From Entomortierella parvispora E1425 (Eukaryota > Fungi > Mortierellomycota): 64,000 nucleotides of DNA. Each line of letters starts with the position of its first letter. Within the stretch, counting starts at the first letter, position 1. A model generated the notes under the pieces. That model made no database searches and had not been told where the DNA came from. It saw nothing but the letters and a program-made list of their open reading frames with translations. Positions 60,097-64,000 of this stretch are shown in pieces. Position numbers and translations under genes: made by a program. The stretch lies in assembly GCA_020891255.1 (NCBI GenBank), contig BQFW01000012.1, positions 930,001 to 994,000 on the forward strand, in the 5' to 3' direction.

Positions 60097-60684
60097 TTGC
60101 AGACTCCACACATCCTGTTTCCCTGTTCCTCCTCTTCCAGACACATCCCCCTTCTTGCTCCCATTTGCAGCAACCCCCTTTTAGTAATAGTCCACCTGTC
60201 CCAGGGTTACTGTCCGCAATCCACCGTCCGGGGTCATTCGCGTTGATGAAGTAAACTGGTCGACTTCTTGTTTCTCCACCGTTTTTCTTCTTGCCCATTT
60301 CCTGCTCCTCTTGGCCCGCAAATTTTACATTGCTCGCGCACAGGAAATCTTAAAAAAAACTTTTTTCTCCACATTTCTGATACCACCGAAATCTATTTTC
60401 TCCTTGTTCTTTTTCATTCCCGTCACCATGGACCACAACCAACACGACCAACAGGGTATCTACACCCTGCACAACATCTCCGAACAAGCCGAAAACCCTG
60501 AGATCGATGCTCGTGTCGTTATCCAACACTTGCAATCCACTATGGCCACCGTAGATTTGCTGTGATGTTTAGCACTAGGTATGGGGTTCAGGACTGGCGT
60601 CCTGAGTCGCAGTCCTTTTTTACTTCTCCGATGTTTAAGAGTCTTCCATGACTGGCACCTGCCGGACTATAAAAGACCTGCTGG

Positions 60685-61730
60685 TGTGATGTTGTCTAAA
60701 GTAAGTATAGTCTAACGTCAGCAAAGGCTGGAGGTGAAAATGATAACGAAAAGAATAATAACGAACAAAGCTCGCTGCTTACATATGATAGGGACTTTGC
60801 TCTCTGTGCCACAAGGATCAAGCACAGCACTGCTATATGATCAGATACAATCTCGAGAGAATGAACTGGATAGACAGGAGGAGGAGAATGAGCAACAGGA
60901 TCACGATATAAGCAGGAACGAAACTGAAAGGAGACTAATAAGGACATACCAATGAGCTAAGCACGTCCTAATGGTAACCAAACAGGAGAATAAACAACTA
61001 CGGAGGCGAACACTAGGTACTATACTAACTAATAACAACAACAAGGGAGGATTGAAGGGATCTAATCAGTAAGAGCACGGCCAGAAATATTCTATCCAGG
61101 GAAAGGGGACAAGGCCGCCTAACTGAGGGTTCAGGAGGGACTCGAGGGAAGGCGACGAGAAGATAAGGGAGGTTCCCAAGCACCAGTTAAGGCCTCAGGA
61201 TGCCCAAGCGCCAGTTAAGGCCTCAGGATGGGATGCCAAGATCGTACAAGTCCACTCAAAAGAGACAAGACATTGTTGGTACCTCGTAAGTGAGCAAGGA
61301 CACGGAGAAGTGGTTGGCCGAGGTTCTTGACGGGACTTGTCGAGGACGGGGAAGATCGTAACTTGTGAGTGTACAAGGTCGATCAACAGAACGCAATAGG
61401 TCTGTGATATCCAAAGGTAAAGGGGGGGGGGGAGGAGGTTTAGACTAGATACTAATAGTCTCAGCAATCGGAATTAAGGCGTCGAGCTTGCTGCTGCTGC
61501 AAAGGGGATATCGGGCAGGAAGGGGGGGATGTATGTTTGTGTTCTGAAGGGTTCAACAAAAGTGTACTGGCAGGAATCGTAAAGGAAAAAGGCAACCAGG
61601 AGCAAAATGGATTTTTCTCCCTTCTTTATAGAAAAAAAACTGAAACTAAACAAAATAATAAATGCTACTGAAAGTATATCTCTACTCCGATGGATGTGGA
61701 CCGGGACTCCACATCTACTACACCACACCG
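60685..61730 (-). mobile_element. LTR-like repeat, copy 2 (lacks the terminal 5 nt TGACA)
   Basis: Aligns with copy 1 throughout, including the internal ~28-bp tandem CCCAAGC(A/G)CCAGTTAAGGCCTCAGG. Confidence 0.65.
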
Positions 61731-62029
61731 CGCAGGTTGATCGGAAAGAACACAACGGCTTGTCCTATGTGCCCCTTTTCTTAGATCATTCCTTTGTGCT
61801 CCACATATCCTTCGAACACCATTGTTACTGTAGATCCATTGTTCAGAGGTTGATCCACTGCAGTTGCAATAGTAAAGGCCAAGGGAAGAGCACGAAGATT
61901 GAATGATGTTTATTGATATGAAGTCCGGGGTATTTATACTAAAGGTTGTGGTGGTGGCAATGGTGGCAATGGTGGTAGTGGTTGTAGTTGACCCTTTGTG
62001 GCTTTGCTGTGAGTGAAGGCGCTGCACGG

Positions 62030-64000
62030 TCAGTCTGATTTGACTGTTGCACGAGGTCTATTTGTTTGCATCGTCAGTCTCATCGGTCTCGTCAGACTGT
62101 TCTGAGGTGTTGCGGATGAGGGCAAGGAACACTTCGGAGCCGGGTAAGCTTGCCATGGCGTGGAAATGCATGTGTGCGAGGAGGAGACCTTTGGAGCGGG
62201 ATTGGATGTGGTCAGCCTTGAAGCCACGACAGTTCCACAGGACGTCAACGCCATTGTGATTGAAGTGGAGATCGTTGGTGCGCCAATTGATGAGGGGGTT
62301 GATCTTGGTGAGCCATGGTTTACCAAGAATGAGGTCGTATTTGTTGAGGGGGTAGAGGATGGGGTTGAGTGTGTCGGAGTAGTCGCCGCGGTCGAGGGTG
62401 ATGGGGACGGTGTGTGATGTGATAGAGGAAGTGCCGTTGGGGAGGAGGATAGGAATGGACAGGCATTGGGTTCGATCAAGCTTACGGCGTTTTTGAAATG
62501 AGGAACTGATAATATTACCTTCTGCCCCACCATCAATTAGAACTTTCGCGGGGCGACCGTTGATCGAACCAATGAAGGTGAGCAGTTGGTTCTCCGCCTT
62601 CTCGACAGTGAATTGGTGTAGGCGAATCGCACGACGCTTCAACTTCTTCAACTGACTTTTAGACGGAGGTACATGCAATAGGAGTATCGAGGGTGGAGTG
62701 GAGACAAGAAGTGAGTTTTATTATATTGCAAGTTTCTAGCTTTTGTAGGTACACATCGCGTGATGTCACCGTATTCCTGTTACAGTACACTAGGTGCCAG
62801 CGGAACAGCGAGAGGGTCCGGTTCATCTGTAGCGGAGGATCTAGGCACAGGAGCGGACTGGGCAACAGGGTTTTGGTTTTGGTTTTGATCCGAGGAGTCA
62901 ACCAGTGGGGCAAGGATGTGAGCACTCTTGTCATGATTTGGGGCATGTTTTTGGGGTTCAGAATCATGAGAAGCTTTATTTGAGTTACTTAGCTTTGGAG
63001 TGCTGGATCCCCCTCCGCCACTGGCGTGACAAAGAGGTTCAGCTTCGGCAGCTAAGGTCCGGACCGACCTTAGTTGCCGGGGGCATTTCCCGAAGGGGAG
63101 CCGCCCTCGTTAGAAGATGTCATGTTGTTAACAGATACAGGTCCAGGACAGGACGTGGCGTAGTGACCGGCATTGATCTTGCGGCAGCGGAAGCAACCGT
63201 TGTTCTTGATGAGATATTGTTTATCTTCAGGTGTCAGTCTTTTCAGAGAAGAGTCTTGGTGGTGGCCGGAGCGAGATCGGTTGTTATTTCTAGAGAGGTT
63301 ATTGACCTGGATAGATAGGTTGTTGATAGTCTTCACAAGTGCAGCAACGGTGATGTTATCAATATCCATTGCCATGCTGGCGTCCTTAATAGCGTTAGCA
63401 CTAGCAGCAGTGTAGTCGAGTCCTGCAGAGGAAGACGAAGAAGGGGGGCGAACTTTGTACTCGTAGATCTGGTCGAACTGCTCGGCTACGCTGCACAGAT
63501 CTTGGATAGTGCACTTGGGATTGTTGAGCTTGTAAGTCAGGAGAACCTGTCGGAGATCTTTGGGGGCACCTTTCAAGAAGCACGAAGTGGCGGCCTGTTC
63601 AAGGGTGAGACGAGAGTCGGGGCTCATGTCGTGGGGACAAAGGAATGACATGTACTTGCGGGTGCGTGCCACGTAGTCCGATACCGTAGAGGTCATCTTG
63701 ATATCGAATAACATATTGCGCACTTGGTCAATAAAACCAGCCGGCTGGAATGCAGCGTGGAAAGCTTTGACAAAGTCGTCCCAAGGGGCCTCATCGGAGA
63801 GGGCATTGCCCTCCCACCACAAGGTGGCGTCGTCGGTGAGGAAGATGGTTGCATGCAAGGTGCGTTCATGGTCGGGGATGCGGGCGCCTTTGAAGAAGCG
63901 AGTGATCGCAGTGAGCCAGATCTCGCATTTGAAGCCATCACGTTCGCCCTTGTAGTGTTCGGGCTGGGGAAAGCGGAATGTGGCCGCTGAAAAGAGGTTG
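62030..64000 (-). mobile_element. Ty3/gypsy retrotransposon gag-protease fragment, decayed; RT/RNaseH/IN absent from the window
   Basis: The gag frame is open from the window end to the stop at 63070 (retrotrans-gag LTDDATLWW; knuckle CFRCRKINAGHYATSC). Aspartic protease AKVLIDGGAEGNIIS...YDLILGKPWLTKINPLINW at 62058-62678. The pol linker has a stop and a frameshift. Confidence 0.88.

Noticed and set aside
59042-61730. Single TRIM/LARD element (LTR-internal-LTR)
   Set aside because: No primer-binding site or polypurine tract at the inner edges, no TSD, and copy 2 is terminally clipped.
1-64000. tRNA, rRNA or snoRNA genes (long introns at 9557-9944, ~21256-21860 and 35313-35529 were inspected)
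   Set aside because: No cloverleaf, T-loop or C/D box pairs were recognised by eye; tRNAscan-SE and Infernal/Rfam would be needed to exclude them.

Overview
Eukaryotic, intron-rich fungal DNA. Gene style and the expanded F-box/LRR gene type suggest Mortierellaceae or a related early-diverging fungus (inference). Positions 1-35.7 kb and 43.9-55.4 kb are gene-dense: UTP10 (5'-partial), a DUF1769 protein, snurportin-1, a CDK5/Pho85-like kinase with a PCTAIRE motif, an F-box/LRR protein, PHO8, an M1 aminopeptidase, SYO1/HEATR3, two hypothetical proteins, NTM1, an arrestin-fold-like protein, NDUFA6, a bromodomain protein, a METTL4-like MT-A70 methyltransferase, a GATA+PHD protein and TAF11. The standout is a ~7.6-kb block (35770-43371) flanked by the 9-bp direct repeat ACGTCACCG. 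It holds two head-to-head genes: a Mutator (MULE) DDE transposase and a spliced ~1260-aa protein fusing an N-terminal XPG/FEN1-type 5' nuclease domain to a C-terminal TnpB/Fanzor-type RuvC + zinc-finger module with the D-E-D triad intact. This is a candidate dual-nuclease, RNA-guided (OMEGA/Fanzor-like) system carried by a MULE. One extra A in an A7 run interrupts its reading frame. A 465-bp segment is duplicated on either side of the bromodomain gene, starting exactly at the right 9-bp repeat. From ~55.5 kb to the end is a nested transposon graveyard: Crypton-like recombinase remnant, hAT element, two ~1.05-kb LTR-like repeats and a decayed Ty3/gypsy gag-protease. No rRNA, tRNA or CRISPR array was recognised. 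All exon calls were read by eye and no database searches were run.
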